Assembly (NCBI GenBank): GCA_963924565.1
Contig: OZ004607.1
Span: 30,070,001-30,134,000 of the forward strand
Length of the DNA stretch: 64,000 nt
Direction: 5' to 3'
Origin: Ascidiella aspersa
Lineage: Eukaryota
This document shows, piece by piece, positions 14,385 through 27,800 of this stretch (the first letter of the stretch is position 1; every line of letters starts with the position of its first letter). The position numbers were made by a program, and so were the translations under genes. The notes beneath the pieces were generated by a model. The model was not told where the DNA came from. It ran no database searches and saw nothing but the letters and a program-made list of their open reading frames with translations.

Positions 14385-16749
14385 CACAAAATATGGTTTT
14401 GGTTAAAATATATTAAACGTTTTCGATAATGTTATCTTTGCTTGCACAAATGCCCATCGATTGTATAAAATAACACTGGGCGACATTTTGAGGATTTTTT
14501 ATAATTTTTTTTTTAAAAAGAATTAAACATGTTTACCTAAAATTTGACTATGTTGATTTCGAATTTGCAGTCAGAATGCACCCTTCACGTCACATTTGTT
14601 TGCAAAAAAGAATTAATTTAAATTTCACTGTAAAACGCATTTACAAAGCTTATTAATCACATATTCATGTACGTTTTCTTAATAAAATTGTAGACAAACT
14701 ACTTTATGCTATTTCTCATTGGTGTGAGGCATGATTTGTCCTTATTTGCTTTTTCTTGCAACTTCACGGCTCGCTCAGTCGCGTTTCATACACTCAGTCG
14801 CGTTTCAGACATCAAGTTTTTCACATTGTTTTGATAGTCAGAATCTTTAACTTTGCCTAGAAATTTTAAAAGTATTTTTGTTAAATAAGACCATCACGCA
14901 TTTTTTCACTTTCTGTATGGGATTTGCAAATTGAGCGTCTTTAGTGAGTTTTCTTTCTGATTTGAGTTCCATCACATAGGCCTACCCCCTCTTTATCTTT
15001 CTTTGCACTGAAATAAGTAAACTTCTCATGAATTTATTCAAATTAAGCACCTTCTTATTGGGAGCCTTCACAGATTTTTTTCATGAGACCCAGCTTAATA
15101 TGTAGTGGTGAAAGTATCACTTTAGATCTGTCAACAAGTGCTGGTTGTATCACATTGGATCCAATGATTACCCCTGTCCCTGTTGTCCCATTCGCACATA
15201 AAACAAGGATACTTTGCAGTGTTGTGAAGAACTCATTGTAAAATGACTTAAGTCCCAGTCAAGCCATTTGTAAAATAACAAGTCAAGTCCCAGTCATAAT
15301 TAGAGCAAGTCAACCTCCAGTGCGGTCATAAAATTTAAATTTTAACTGATAAACTCGTATGATTATGAGCAATAACTCAAGTAAAATATATCATAAACGC
15401 AACGTATTAACGATTTTTGTGCAAAAATTGATATAAATAACCCAATTGAAAAAGCCTAATAATAATAATAATAACTTTACTTCAATCCTAGTCATTTGTC
15501 CGAAAGACTTATTTTGTTGCCTGTTTGAACTATAGGCCTAGTAAATGCAAAATCTATCGCGATTCGCACGAAACCTAATGTATTTCTTTGGCGCTTGGCG
15601 CGATTAAGTTTCACGCCTCTTAAATATCAACTTATCATCAATAAATTTACATTGAGACCAATAACAACTTTTGCACATTTAAACCGTATAAACTAGGAGT
15701 GTCAAACACGCGACCCGTGCGTGCTTCTTTTTTCTCATTTTTATTTGCATGTATGTAGATTGTAGAGTCCATTTCATGTGATTTACAGGTCAAGGTAGTC
15801 CACACCATTTTATACAAACAAGGTACATTTACACGGGCAAAATGAACAATTTTCAGAAAAATAAACAAAACTAAAGGTATCAGTTAAGTCACAGTTGCTA
15901 GGACATTCTTTCAACTGCAATCAGCTCGTAATCGTTAGGTACGAAAACAGCACCGTCCGATCCTTCTTCTATGTTCGGCATTTCCCCAGGTTTGGCTTCA
16001 AACTTAAACCTCTGAACCATGGAAGTGAGAAAGAGAAAGAGCTCCATCTTTGCCAGCTGCTCGCCGAGACAGAATCGGGGACCCATCGAGAAAGGAATCA
16101 CGTATTTGGACTTGACGAAGTTGCCCTTCTCGTCGATGTGTCGGCCCGGGTCGAACTTCTCAGGTTGGTCGAACATATTCGGGTCGTTGTGGACAGCCCA
16201 GATGTTAGGGACAACCTGTCGAAAACATTTAAACAGTACTGGTTATCTACATTTTTGCAATCGGTTGTGAATTTCTGTGTCAGCTCAACTCAATGCACCA
16301 CAAATCTATAATAAAATGGAAAATGGGGGTCAATATGAATCCGAAGAAGTTATCGTTAGTATTGTCACACATTTTGAAATACTTGGATAAATCAATACAC
16401 CACACAAGTCTCACATGGAACTGCCCTAACCGAAGACCGCGTAACCGAAGAAATGCCGAAGTAAAGGACAAGTATATGCCAACCCCACCATAAAGTGACA
16501 CCCACATAACCTTGATCTATCTGCAACTTAAGTCAAAAGATATTTTCGGCTAATAACGCAAACATGACAGTGGTTAACTGAAAATGACTACATTTACAGA
16601 GGCGTGCAATAGTGACCTCAAAGGGCGAGGAAATAGTGTCAAAACAAAACGTTGTTTATGGTGGAAATATTTAATCGTTTGCTATACTTACAACACTATT
16701 CCATAACAGTGGTCGTTTGTTAAACAAGCGCAGTACGGTTCTTCTACGA

Positions 16750-17030
16750 CAGGGGTTCTTAAACTGGGGTCCATGGACCCCTGGTGTCCGTGAACATGTT
16801 TTAGGGGGTCCATGAAGGTCTAATTGAAATATTAGTGTTTATCTAAGAAGTAATCAATTTACTCCATTTCACTTTCAGAATTTTGGACCAAAATCAGCAA
16901 ATTTATGAAGTCTATTTGTACTGTGACGTCAATTTATGACGTCATTTTTTAATTTTTTTGCCTACAGTGGTCCACGCAAGATGAAAGAAAATTTTAGGGG
17001 TCCGCGGTAAAAAAAGTTTAAGAACCCCTG
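16750..17030. mobile_element. hAT-type MITE in CYP-C intron 8
   Basis: TIR CAGGGGTTCTTAAACT; degenerate TSD TTCTACGA / TTCTAAGG. Confidence 0.8.
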
Positions 17031-19706
17031 TTCTAAGGCAACGTTAACTATGATTTGTATCGCTGTTGCGGGAAATCGTCCAAGTGCCAGTAAAATGAAA
17101 ATCCTGTACCACCGAAATATCTCTACTCTAACAGGGGAACGCGTTTCCAAGTTTGAGAAACCCTGCTATAGGACAGGGGTCGGCAACCTAATTGCACTGC
17201 GGACCGGTTTAAAACGGGAATTTTATAACGAACCGGCTTTTAGACAACAATAAACATCAGTAACGGAAATGTATAACAAATTTTGATTTCAATGAGCCTG
17301 TTTTGCGGCAACAAGTTTTAAAAGTACGTAATGAGACAACATAGAGTTACGTTATGCAAAAACCTAATGAAGCGTATTACGGCGTAAAAAAATTTTTAAC
17401 TCCATCGCTGGCTTGGAATGCAATCATTGCTGAAGATGTTTTTTTATGTGGAAATATAAAGTGATTTAGATTACATGAGTCGCAAATAAAAGGTGTATTG
17501 TGACTTTATTACCGAACTGGTCGATCGTGAGTCTTTAAAAGAAATTTCATTCGATCGCAACCAAACATAAATTAGCTACACCTGCTCCAGACCAACAGAC
17601 TGGAAATTTAATTACCGTCGTTCCCTTCCTTATCGTGAAGCCTTGGATTTCAACATCTTCAGAAACTTGATGAGGTAGACTGCCGGGAAGAAGTGTGCGA
17701 AATCTTCCAACCTCGTGGATAAACGCGCTGCAGTAAGGCATCTTATCTTTCATCGAGAATGTTGGCCGGCCCTCTTCGCCTATATATTGTTTAAGAACAT
17801 TGACTGATACAAGTTGGAATTTTGTCAAAAGTTCCGATCATTGACTGTAAATGACTTAACCTGACTTGAATGCAGTGGTTCAGTAAATGACTTTGCTAAG
17901 ACTCAAGTCATGAGGCTGTGTTTACATTATAATATGAGTAAAATTTGTTTGTTTTTTAATGCAATTTCTGCAAACCTTTTTTCACAATATGGTCATTTTA
18001 TAGTTTCAAAAGTGAAAATTGCTCTTGATTCGACGAGTTTATCATATGCACAGTCACTAATACTCAAAATTAGAAATGGCCGATAATATCGGATCGGAGC
18101 CGATATCCGGTGCCAAGTGGTAGTATCGGTACTCGTTCGATATTAGGTTGATATCGGTGCCGATCTGATACCAAAATCAGTCTTGGAGTTTTAGCCGAAA
18201 TTTTCGATGGAACGCAGTAATTTCTATCTCAAAAAATGAATTTATCAAAAAAATATTGGGAAAAGATATTAGGTTAACAATTCGAAGTAACTCAACTGCA
18301 TAACGCAAATGGCAATGTTGGCCTAATAAACTAGAATAAGTCTCTTTAAACGTTGAATTTTACTCTTTTTGCTTGTGTTCTTTTTTGCTTTGTTTAGTGT
18401 AGTAATGACGTCACTTGATTAGGATGGGATCGCGATACTTTTGGAATAAATTTCGGGAATCGGAATGAAATGTCAACTATCGAACATCCAACTCAAAATC
18501 AAAGCCTACCCAAACAAAATCATAATGAAAATACACATGCTGCTATATAGTTTAATCGATATTGTCCTATCAAAACTACAATCAAGGATTATTTGGAAAA
18601 AGCATTCGAATGTAGTAATCTATTTTCGCACCTATTACATCGATAATTTCTTCGTATAACTTCTCTTGTATCTGTGGATAGTGAAGAAGGCACAGCAGCG
18701 ACCAACGCATTGTGCTCGAAGTGGTTTCAGTCCCTGCCTCAAATAGATCTCGCACGTATTGGAAAAGTTGTTCTTTCTGGAAAAGAAGGGTGATAAAAGA
18801 AGGCGGTTACAATGATGACTGCAACAGGCAACAAGAAAAATTTCTTGGACCTAAACACCATGAACAACATTAATAGCGCAGTCTGATAAAGTGACAGTAA
18901 TAAAGTGGAACACTGTTATGAACAAAAAATTAAACCCTTTCAGCTTTGCCATAGGATCATGTATTTACTCTGTCGCGTTGTTTTTGTACAATTGCACCTT
19001 AAACAAATATTCAAGTTATTGTGTTTATCACCGCATACCGTAAAGGTTTCAGTTCCCTTCTGCATTTCCACCAGAAACGCATCGATAAAGTCTCGAACAT
19101 TCTCGGGGTCCAAACTTTCCTTGTGTTCCTTTATCAGTTTACCAAACCGATCTGAAACGACGTAAAACCCATGTTGGTTGAAGACTTCTTCATAATCGCA
19201 GTACAATCTAGCGCTATATCACAAAATCTTTCCGTTTGGCAACGGTATGGGCAACATTTTATCATTGATGTTTGGATGTTTGACATACCTCTTTTAATGA
19301 AGTTCTTGTTTATTATGACGTCTATAAATAATCGCATGGCTTTCATTCAAGTGAAATGCCATTTACTTGCGATATTTACTAAGCCAGTGGTATCGAATAT
19401 ATAACAGCTACAGCACCCCTAGAAAAAATAAATAGATTGTTGCATCCCCACTAGAATTTTCGTTAAGTGGTTCAGTTTACTGTAATGTCACTATAACTTT
19501 GTTTAAAGAGTTATGAACTGGAACAACGCAATCAGTTAAATGAGAAAACATAATTTGATCTATTGTATTATTGTAATCGTACACAACAAGTTGTTGCAAG
19601 AAAGTAACCAAAAGGACAATACTCTTAAATTCTCATCGCTCATCGCAGAATCTTAAATTCTCATCGCCTTTAGCATTAGAAATGCCAAGGTGGCGTGGCA
19701 CCCAAA

Positions 19707-20041
19707 AGGGCTGCGGAGTCGGAGTCGGAGTCGGACTCGGGACTCGAGGGAGACCACGTAAAACTATCGGACTCTCGAGTCCGACGTGCGCACGTGCAGT
19801 ACCAAATTTCGAAACTAATAAGGCCGCGAACTGTGAAGGCGGAATAGCATATGGTGGAACATTTTCCAGACACGAATTTTGTTTGAGTGAGTTTCAGGGC
19901 ACCCCTAGATGAATAAATTGCTGAATATCAGTCTTGTAAGTTACGTAAATGGGTAAAATACAGGTTGTAGAGTCGGAGCCGAAATCGGCACACTTGGCCA
20001 GAGTCGGACTCGGGTTATTTTTAACCGACTCCACAGACCTG
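19707..20041. mobile_element. GGAGTC-repeat MITE family member (other copies at about 10797-11167, 55624-55925, 43065-43330, 22950-23125)
   Basis: Ends AGGGCTGCGGAGTCGG / CCGACTCCACAGACCTG; internal sequence shared among copies. Confidence 0.75.
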
Positions 20042-22447
20042 GTGTCACATCTGTAAAAAAGCACTTCACTAACCATACAGCACATCGAGATCCGTCATCA
20101 ATTCTTGCATAATACCGGAAAACGGCGGCAGACATTCAAGCCAAGGAGCAAAGTAAAGCGCCGTGAAAAACATGGTAGCGCGGGGACTGCTAAACCTGTG
20201 GAAAGAAAGTAAATGAGTATTTTTTTTAATTTTGGTTCGGCTAGTCCTTTTATCGTTTTGGCTTTGCTACTATTACGTTAAAATTTAAAAAGTCAATACC
20301 ATTACTGTGGCGCAAAACACCATTAAATGCAGAAAACTAGCTTATTGTTGTGACAACAAGCATCGATCGAATATTATATGTATTTTAAGAATTGCGAAAA
20401 AAACGGGAGATTTAACTTGTGTAAAATATCAAGGATGGGCGCAATTATTCACGGGTGTCTTTACGCATATCTAATCGTTAAAAACATAAGGCAATTCTAC
20501 CTAATTTTTTTTTGTTATTAAAGTGCTGGAAAGATGGTATCAATATGGTTATTTAAAAGCATGGATTAGAAGAAAACATTACTGTTTTAACACTGATAAA
20601 CCACAAATAAAAATGTATACGTAAGTTAACAACTGTTAAATATAAGTTTCTGGCTAAACCGCCTAGTGTTGTAAAAGTTACGTGGCCAGGTTTTAAACTG
20701 TCTAAGAAAGTTCTAGCAAAACAAGTACCCTAAGTCATATTACCCAAAGGAGTCCCTATTAACGAATCTTACCATTTGTCAAGTATGTGTAACAAGCCGT
20801 CGAGCCACGGATCTTTGTAGTCAAACCTTCTTCCGAACACGACGCCACAAATAACGTTGGACACCGTGTGGGCCATCAAGGTCTTTAACAAACGGCAAGT
20901 GAATGTAGGCAATGTTAATGTCGACGTCATACATAAAAGAGTTGCCACTTACCCTTATAGAAAAGGCCTTTCCTTGTTGCCGTCGGATTTCGTCACATAG
21001 GTAACCTGCTTCTTCTATTATCCTGTCTTCCATTCCGCGCTTTCCGAGACCAAAACTAAACACAACAAACAATTAAAACTATAGGCTGTAAAATGGGGAC
21101 AAATAATTAGTTCATGAATTGCAATTTTTGTTTTGATTGAAACGGTTAGTTTTCCGCGCAGTGCCCGTTACACTAGACTTCCTTTTTGGTACTGGTAAAC
21201 CTGCAGCCAGTTCGACTTTCTGTCCGTTATATTCAAGAACATTTTAACATTATATCGTTGACGTTATAGATTAAACAACGACAACACAAATTATTATGCA
21301 GTTTCTCACTTTGAGGTGGCATGTCATAATTTTGCTTATCTTGATAATTCTGACTGTGCGTTAATTTTATTACACGTAATACGTTTGTCTTGAAAAAGTT
21401 TTATTTTATTTTTCGGACAAACTGTATACTTATTCGATTGGTAAAATAGGGGTTACCAAACGCTTTTAATAAAATTGCGATTTTTATTTTATTTTTGAAA
21501 TCAGTTAAAAGACGACATAGAACAAAACAAATTATTGATATTAAAATACGGAGCTCGTTTAGATAAATGCGTTAGGCAGTACTATTAAACGTAGGCTATT
21601 GAAATTCCCCTATAAAACCTTGGAACCTACCCGCGAAGAGTCATAAGCCCAAACTTTCGCTGATCTTTCCAAAGTTTACCGTAATCGATCATTGCCAGGC
21701 CGTGGCCTTTGGTAATCCTTTCGTTGACGGGAAACGATGGTCTACCGGCGATGTGTGACCATTCTTTACCAGCGCCTGTGATGCAACACAATGACAAGTA
21801 AATCAACACAAATTTACACAAAAAAATATTGTTTTTTTTTTTAATTCGGACTGTTGCTGTCCTAAGTTAATCTGCATGCGTGATACGCGACAAAACGCAT
21901 ACAAGTCAAAGTTGTGTAAAAATACCAGACAAACTTTGTGAGGAGTAAGACGTTTTAAAGGTAAAAAAAAACTATTATTGCAACGTACCTGATTGATGCT
22001 ATCAAAGTCGTTGAGAATAACCCAATCAGAACCGCCCAACCGCACCGATACAACTGGGCCATATTGCTTCGACCACCTTCTATAATTGCGCTCAGGCTTG
22101 CCACCCACAAAAGGAATCATCCCCAAAACGGGAATTCCCCTGGGTCCAGGAGGGGACCCTTTTGGCCTTTGGTACCAGTAAAACAGCATTAGACATAATA
22201 CAACCACAGCAATGAACGGCAGTATTAGAATATCTGACATTTCGACAGTTATGATAAAACGTCCTGGGTTCATATTAATTGAAATTGTTAGGTATATAGG
22301 GTAGCACGAGGGGTATAAATGAAACCATTAAATATCCCAAATTACATTCTTTCAAGAGTTATTTACACTTTAAACGCGAAAACAAAAGCGAAGTATGTTA
22401 TTAAACTCAGTACGTCTTGTCGCCATTGCAGCAGTTAGACTGTAGAC

Positions 22448-23247
22448 CAGGGGTCGACAACCCATGGCACGCGAGATGATTTCTCAGGGCACGCCAAATG
22501 ATTTAAGGCGCACGTTATATCACCTCAAGAAAGTGCAACCATTATATCACTACTACATCATAAACAAAATTATGACATCACTAACACTAGCGCTAACTAA
22601 ATGGCCGCACACATTTACAGTTCGTGTCACCAATTAGTTTTGTTAACTGTTCTTTTAACATTATTTTTTGTGGGCGTTAAACTTGTTGTTTACCACTAAC
22701 CGTTCGTATTACGTCACAATGGCCTAAAATTGACGTGATCTTTATTGCGATAAAGCAGGGCAATGGGCATTTCATATTACAAGTAAGCACGTGTATTTAT
22801 GTGGGACTGAGAAACCAAGTTAGTTAACCGACTTAACCGTTCTAGGTATCGGCTGAAAAGCGTCCAAGTATATTCCAAAAAAGAGAACACAGTTTTGTGT
22901 GTTCGTGACAGTTCATTTTTTACAGAAGGTTATTTCGAAACTGGTAACTGTAAATTGTAAGGGCGGAATAGCATATGTTGGCATATTTTCCATGACCCCA
23001 ATGAGTGGATTGTGAATATCCATCTTATTATAGTTACGTAAATCGGTGAAATACAGGTTGTAGAGTCTGAGCCGGACTCGCGACTAGATGAAATTGCACA
23101 CTTTTACCGGAGTCGGATTGCTTTTATCCGAATCCCGAGGTTGCCAGTGCAAAACCAAACATAAAAAAATGTTTGGCACGCGAGTTGTTGATATTTTGAC
23201 ATTAGTCATAAAGTGGCACACTGCATACGAAAGGTTGCCGACCCCTG
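22448..23247. mobile_element. hAT (Charlie-like) MITE just upstream of CYP-C
   Basis: TIR CAGGGGTCG(A/G)CAACC; perfect 8-bp TSD CTGTAGAC at 22440-22447 and 23248-23255. Confidence 0.88.
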
Positions 23248-24817
23248 CTGTAGACTGTAGTCACAAGTCGAAAGCTAGAAATTTTGTCAAAAAAACGACC
23301 GATAGTATTCCGTAACTATCAAGAGCTCTACCACGAAATGCCTTTGCATAAATACGACGAAAACCGGTCTTAGATAGTCTACTTACCTTAGTTCTATATT
23401 GTTCTGTGTTAGTTCAATGTAGTACTTCATTTACCCTAAACTTAAGCAAGTTGAAACATCTGTCACTAAGTTGCTCAAGCTGCTAAAAGTTCCCAAACAT
23501 TCGATGTTTGGTTAATGACTGCATTAAAATGCTGGTTCGAAGAGCAAATTGCAAAATATATATTTCGCACACTAAATCTACCCTAGTCAGCGTAATTTAC
23601 CTACAAACATGATCTCAATTTTTCTACTGTGTAATATGAACCCAAACTATACATACCGCTTTTACAAACAGTCACGCTAGACTGCCTGCAGCCTTAAGCG
23701 AGCAAACTGTACAGCAAGCGCCTTTTATGCTATATACACAGCAAACGCTCATTTCGTGCGTGATAGGCAACTACTTTACGTAACTACTGAAGCAATCGGG
23801 TTTGAATAATATTGTGTATGTTCGCTATGATGAAAGCGGTACAATGACGGCGGACTGGTGGGTGGACGTGCAATAGCCGAATTTTGTGACATAAAAACGT
23901 GCGCTTTAAAAATACAACATGTATTGCTGATAGTTCGGTAGACTATATTGTTGCCGAAACGTATAATTGTCAATCTGCAAACATCACCAAAAGCTAAGCC
24001 TGCAACAAAATATATCATTCATTCAAAATCGATTGATCGTATTTTGTAATATGCAAACATTTTCGACCAACAGGAATAAACGAAACAGAAAGCTAGGTGG
24101 GGATTAAGCGAACACGCACAAAGCTTATTACGTGTGCGAAGAGTTTAAATTGACAATTAACAAGCAAATGTATGTGGACATGAAATAAAAATCGGAAAAT
24201 AAATTGAACGTTTTAAAAGAAAAAAGAAAATGCCAACCAAACTTCAAGACAAGGGACATGTTAAAAAAATAAAGAGTAAAACGCCCCGACCCATTGGCCT
24301 AGTGATGTGGTAACTGTAGAACGTACACTTTCTACTGGTTTCTAAACAAGCAAGCTTAGTAGGTATCAACTAATTAAGGATTTAAGTTTTAAATAATTCT
24401 AGACTACCACTACCAAACAGAGAGATTTAAGAGATTATCGCCAGCCTTTAGATATATGTCTGTTTTTTGTTTCAGCAGATATTCACCCATGTTTAGATTT
24501 TACTTGGCGAGAAGGGACAAAGTAAGGGTTATACGGTTACCCTGTCTAGTTTTTACAAGACAGTTAACCTTTAATATTTTATGAGCTTTAAACACAGTGG
24601 CGCATATATAAAAACTTACTGTACCAGCCTGAAATATGTCCACATTAATTAGCCTCTATACATATCACGCGCGATGAAACTACAAGCGATCAACAGTAGT
24701 CTTATGTAAATACGTTTCACAGAAGATAAATTAAAAGGCAAAACAACATTTTTTATAAGTATATCTGCAAGCGAGAGATGATGAAAGCAATAATTGCGTC
24801 CACAAAATATTATCTAA

Positions 24818-27800
24818 CTATATTCTTTCGGTAGCGATCAATTCGTATTCAGAAGGTACAAAAACCGTTCCGGGTGTACCAGCGTCTAGCTTTGGCATTT
24901 CGCCCGGTTTAGGCTCAAACTTGAACCTCTGCACCATGGAAGTTAGAAAGAGAAAGAGCTCCATTTTTGCCAGCTGCTCGCCGAGGCAGAAGCGGGGGCC
25001 CACCGAGAAGGGAATCACGTATTTGGACTTGACGAAGTTGCCTTTCTCGTCGATGTGTCGGCCCGGGTCGAACTTGTCTGGTTGGTCGAACAGGTTTGGG
25101 TCGTTGTGAACAGCCCAGATGTTTGGGGTTACCTGTACAGATGCTTGGCTTAATTCGCAAATGGATAGATAAGAAATGGGACGTCTTTCATCGTGATTAA
25201 ATTCGGTCACGGCCAAAAGCGTCGGACATGACTCTAAGAGTTGCTTAGACGTGTTAAGCAAAGTTCATAACTGATTTCGAATACGCCTTTCAATGCGTTT
25301 TGAGTATTATAAAATTATTACTGTTGAACTCTATTGTTAAGCATATGACTATTGCAACAACTTAAATTTTACTCCACCGAAAAAACATTAGAATCCCCAA
25401 AGCAAATTAACAAAAAACTTAAACACATAAGCTGTCTTAAAAAAGCATGTCTAATTTAACCAAAGCAATGTTTACACGAACTGTTTGGAATTATTTTAAG
25501 GCGCGTTATTTTTTTAACATTTCATCAACACATAAATGGTTTATTGCAGATTGTTTGAGTCTTCAGTGGAAAAGAGAAAACGTGTATCAGTCAACCCCAA
25601 TAACCAAGGAGTGTGAACCACTGTTTACCTTATTTTTGTTTTATACTTTAAACAAACGCGCAATGATAACATAGTGAGCTCACCTTGAAAGGTTTTCGTA
25701 AAACTTAATTTATTAAACATTAAAACTTGTACTTTTGCATGTATTTGGTTTTATAACTGTTCTACAGTTAGGACAAACATTTCCGAAAAGTACGGTCACG
25801 CTATTTTTACCCGAGTGTGAAATTTACAATTGTGACGTAAAAGTTGCCATGGCAGACTCGTGTAAGCTTTGACTAACCGTCGTGCCCTTTGCTATCTTGT
25901 AGCCGTAGATTTCGGCGTCTTCAGTCGCACAATGCGGAATGGACATCGGAATTAGTGTGCGGAATCGACCAATCTCGTGAATAAACGCGTTGCAGTAAGG
26001 CATCTTATCCTTCATTGAGAATGTCGGCCGACCATCTTCGCCTAAAAATAAAGGCATGCTGCTGGTAACAAAGCTAACGCAACGTGGCCAATATTATTCA
26101 CATTATATTAACTAAAATGTAACAGGACAAACTATTGAAATCATAACCTATTGTCATTTTCACTGTTAGATGTTAAATATTAAAAATCAAACAGCAGTTC
26201 CCAATTGCATATTCAAAAATGTAATTAATCAAGGTGAATTAGTACCAACGACGTCGATAACCTCCTTGTACAATTTATCTTGTATCTGTGGGAAGTGAAG
26301 AAGGCAGAGCAGCGACCATCGCAATGTGCTTGAAGTGGTCTCTGTCCCGGCCTCAAACAGGTCTCGGACATATTGCAGAAGTTGCAATTTCTGGTAAAAA
26401 TACGATTTATTGCTATAAATCTCGCAAAAGTTATACTTGGATAAACAGCCAGTAAATTGTAAAAGAAAGGTGTGATTTTTAAATGTGATGTTGGTTTTAA
26501 AATAAGAAAACGGCATTTCCTTTAAATGAGCAAACGGGTTAGTAAACAGAGGTAATTGACGTTTTGACCTATTCAAATGTAAGGTGCCAATGGGCGCAAC
26601 AAAACGTACGGTAAAAGTGTCCGTTCCTTTCTTCATTTCCACCAAAAAGGCGTCGATGAAATCTCGAACATTGTCGGGATCCAGACTCTCGTTGTGTTCG
26701 TCGACCAGCACTTCAAACTTGTCTAAGACGATTTATTGGGCACAGATTTAAGACAAACGCAACAACTCGTTGAAGGTATAATAAATCAGTAATCGCAACT
26801 AAAACAAAAAATGGAGGTACGGTTTTAACCACATCTCGAGACAGCAGCAATTAATCCACAGAAAAGCTAACGTAAACTTACAAAAAAATGCATGTTTTTC
26901 AACGACCATTGATTTTAAGAAAGGCAGGCTAACGCAACATGAGGCATTTAAATTTTAAAGATTTGTTCAAAGAAATTATAAAAAATTGTTTTGTTCGTTA
27001 AATGAAGTGATACATTACAGCGTTAAAAATGAATAACTTGCCAAGCCAGATCTTTACTTCCGTCAGCAGCTCTTTCATCACGCCCGAAAATGGAGGAATG
27101 TCCTTTAACCAAGGAGCGAATAACAAGATCGCCAGACACGCAGTTATGCGTGTGTTGTTCTCCCTATAGCGTAGGATTTTTTTGTATGGACTGTACAAAC
27201 TGTATATAGTGCATAAACGGTGTGTGCATGGGTAGGAAATACCTTAAGGCACATAATTCAAAACTTTTAGGGCACTTAGCAAAACTTGAAGATACTTGGT
27301 AACTCGTATTAATGTCACTGATCGATCCTTTTAGTCTAGTACAGACGAAGATTTTTTTTTATAAAATTAAAAAAATATTGATTGATTATATTACTAAAAA
27401 AGCAGGTATTAAAAACATATATTGTTTTAAAATATTTTTTAATTTTAATATATACTATGGAATTTCATGCAAAATTTAAGGTTTTTCGCACTCGTGCTTG
27501 CCACAACCAAGGAATAAAACAGGCGTTGAGCTTACTTGTGAAATATTGAAGACTTATATGTTTAGTACTCGGATTGAACTGAACAAATATAAATACCATT
27601 TTTAGGCAGATGCCATCTTACCATTTGTGAAACGATTCTATCAGGTCACCCAACCAACGGTCGCCGTACTCGAACCTTCTTCCAAACACAACGCCACAAA
27701 TGACGTTAGACACTGAGTGGGTCAGCAAAGTCTACAGAAAGAGTTAATATAAAGTTACGACTGTAGAAATAGTAATGAGATATACTGTAGAAATAGTAAT

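Larger units (their letters stand above)
15898..22240 (-). pseudogene. Cytochrome P450, CYP2 clan (CYP-C); 9 exons with a 1-bp deletion in exon 2 (recent pseudogene/null allele or sequence error)
   Basis: Exons 22240-21989, 21775-21631 (145 instead of 146 bp), 21055-20953, 20882-20773, 20195-20074, 19151-19039, 18776-18632, 17779-17616, 16215-15898. Other exons and splice sites intact. Heme motif FSMGPRFCLG. Confidence 0.85.

Noticed and set aside
14474-15080. Possible second Chapaev-like element starting CACTGGGCGAC
   Set aside because: No matching right terminus or convincing transposase motif found.
15895-16311. Antisense ORFs over CYP exons (also 14175-14387, 24921-25109, 56939-57181, 6846-7034, 51624-52010) and over the MTase (38553-38903)
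   Set aside because: Shadow frames of conserved coding exons; they recur only because the sense exons are duplicated.
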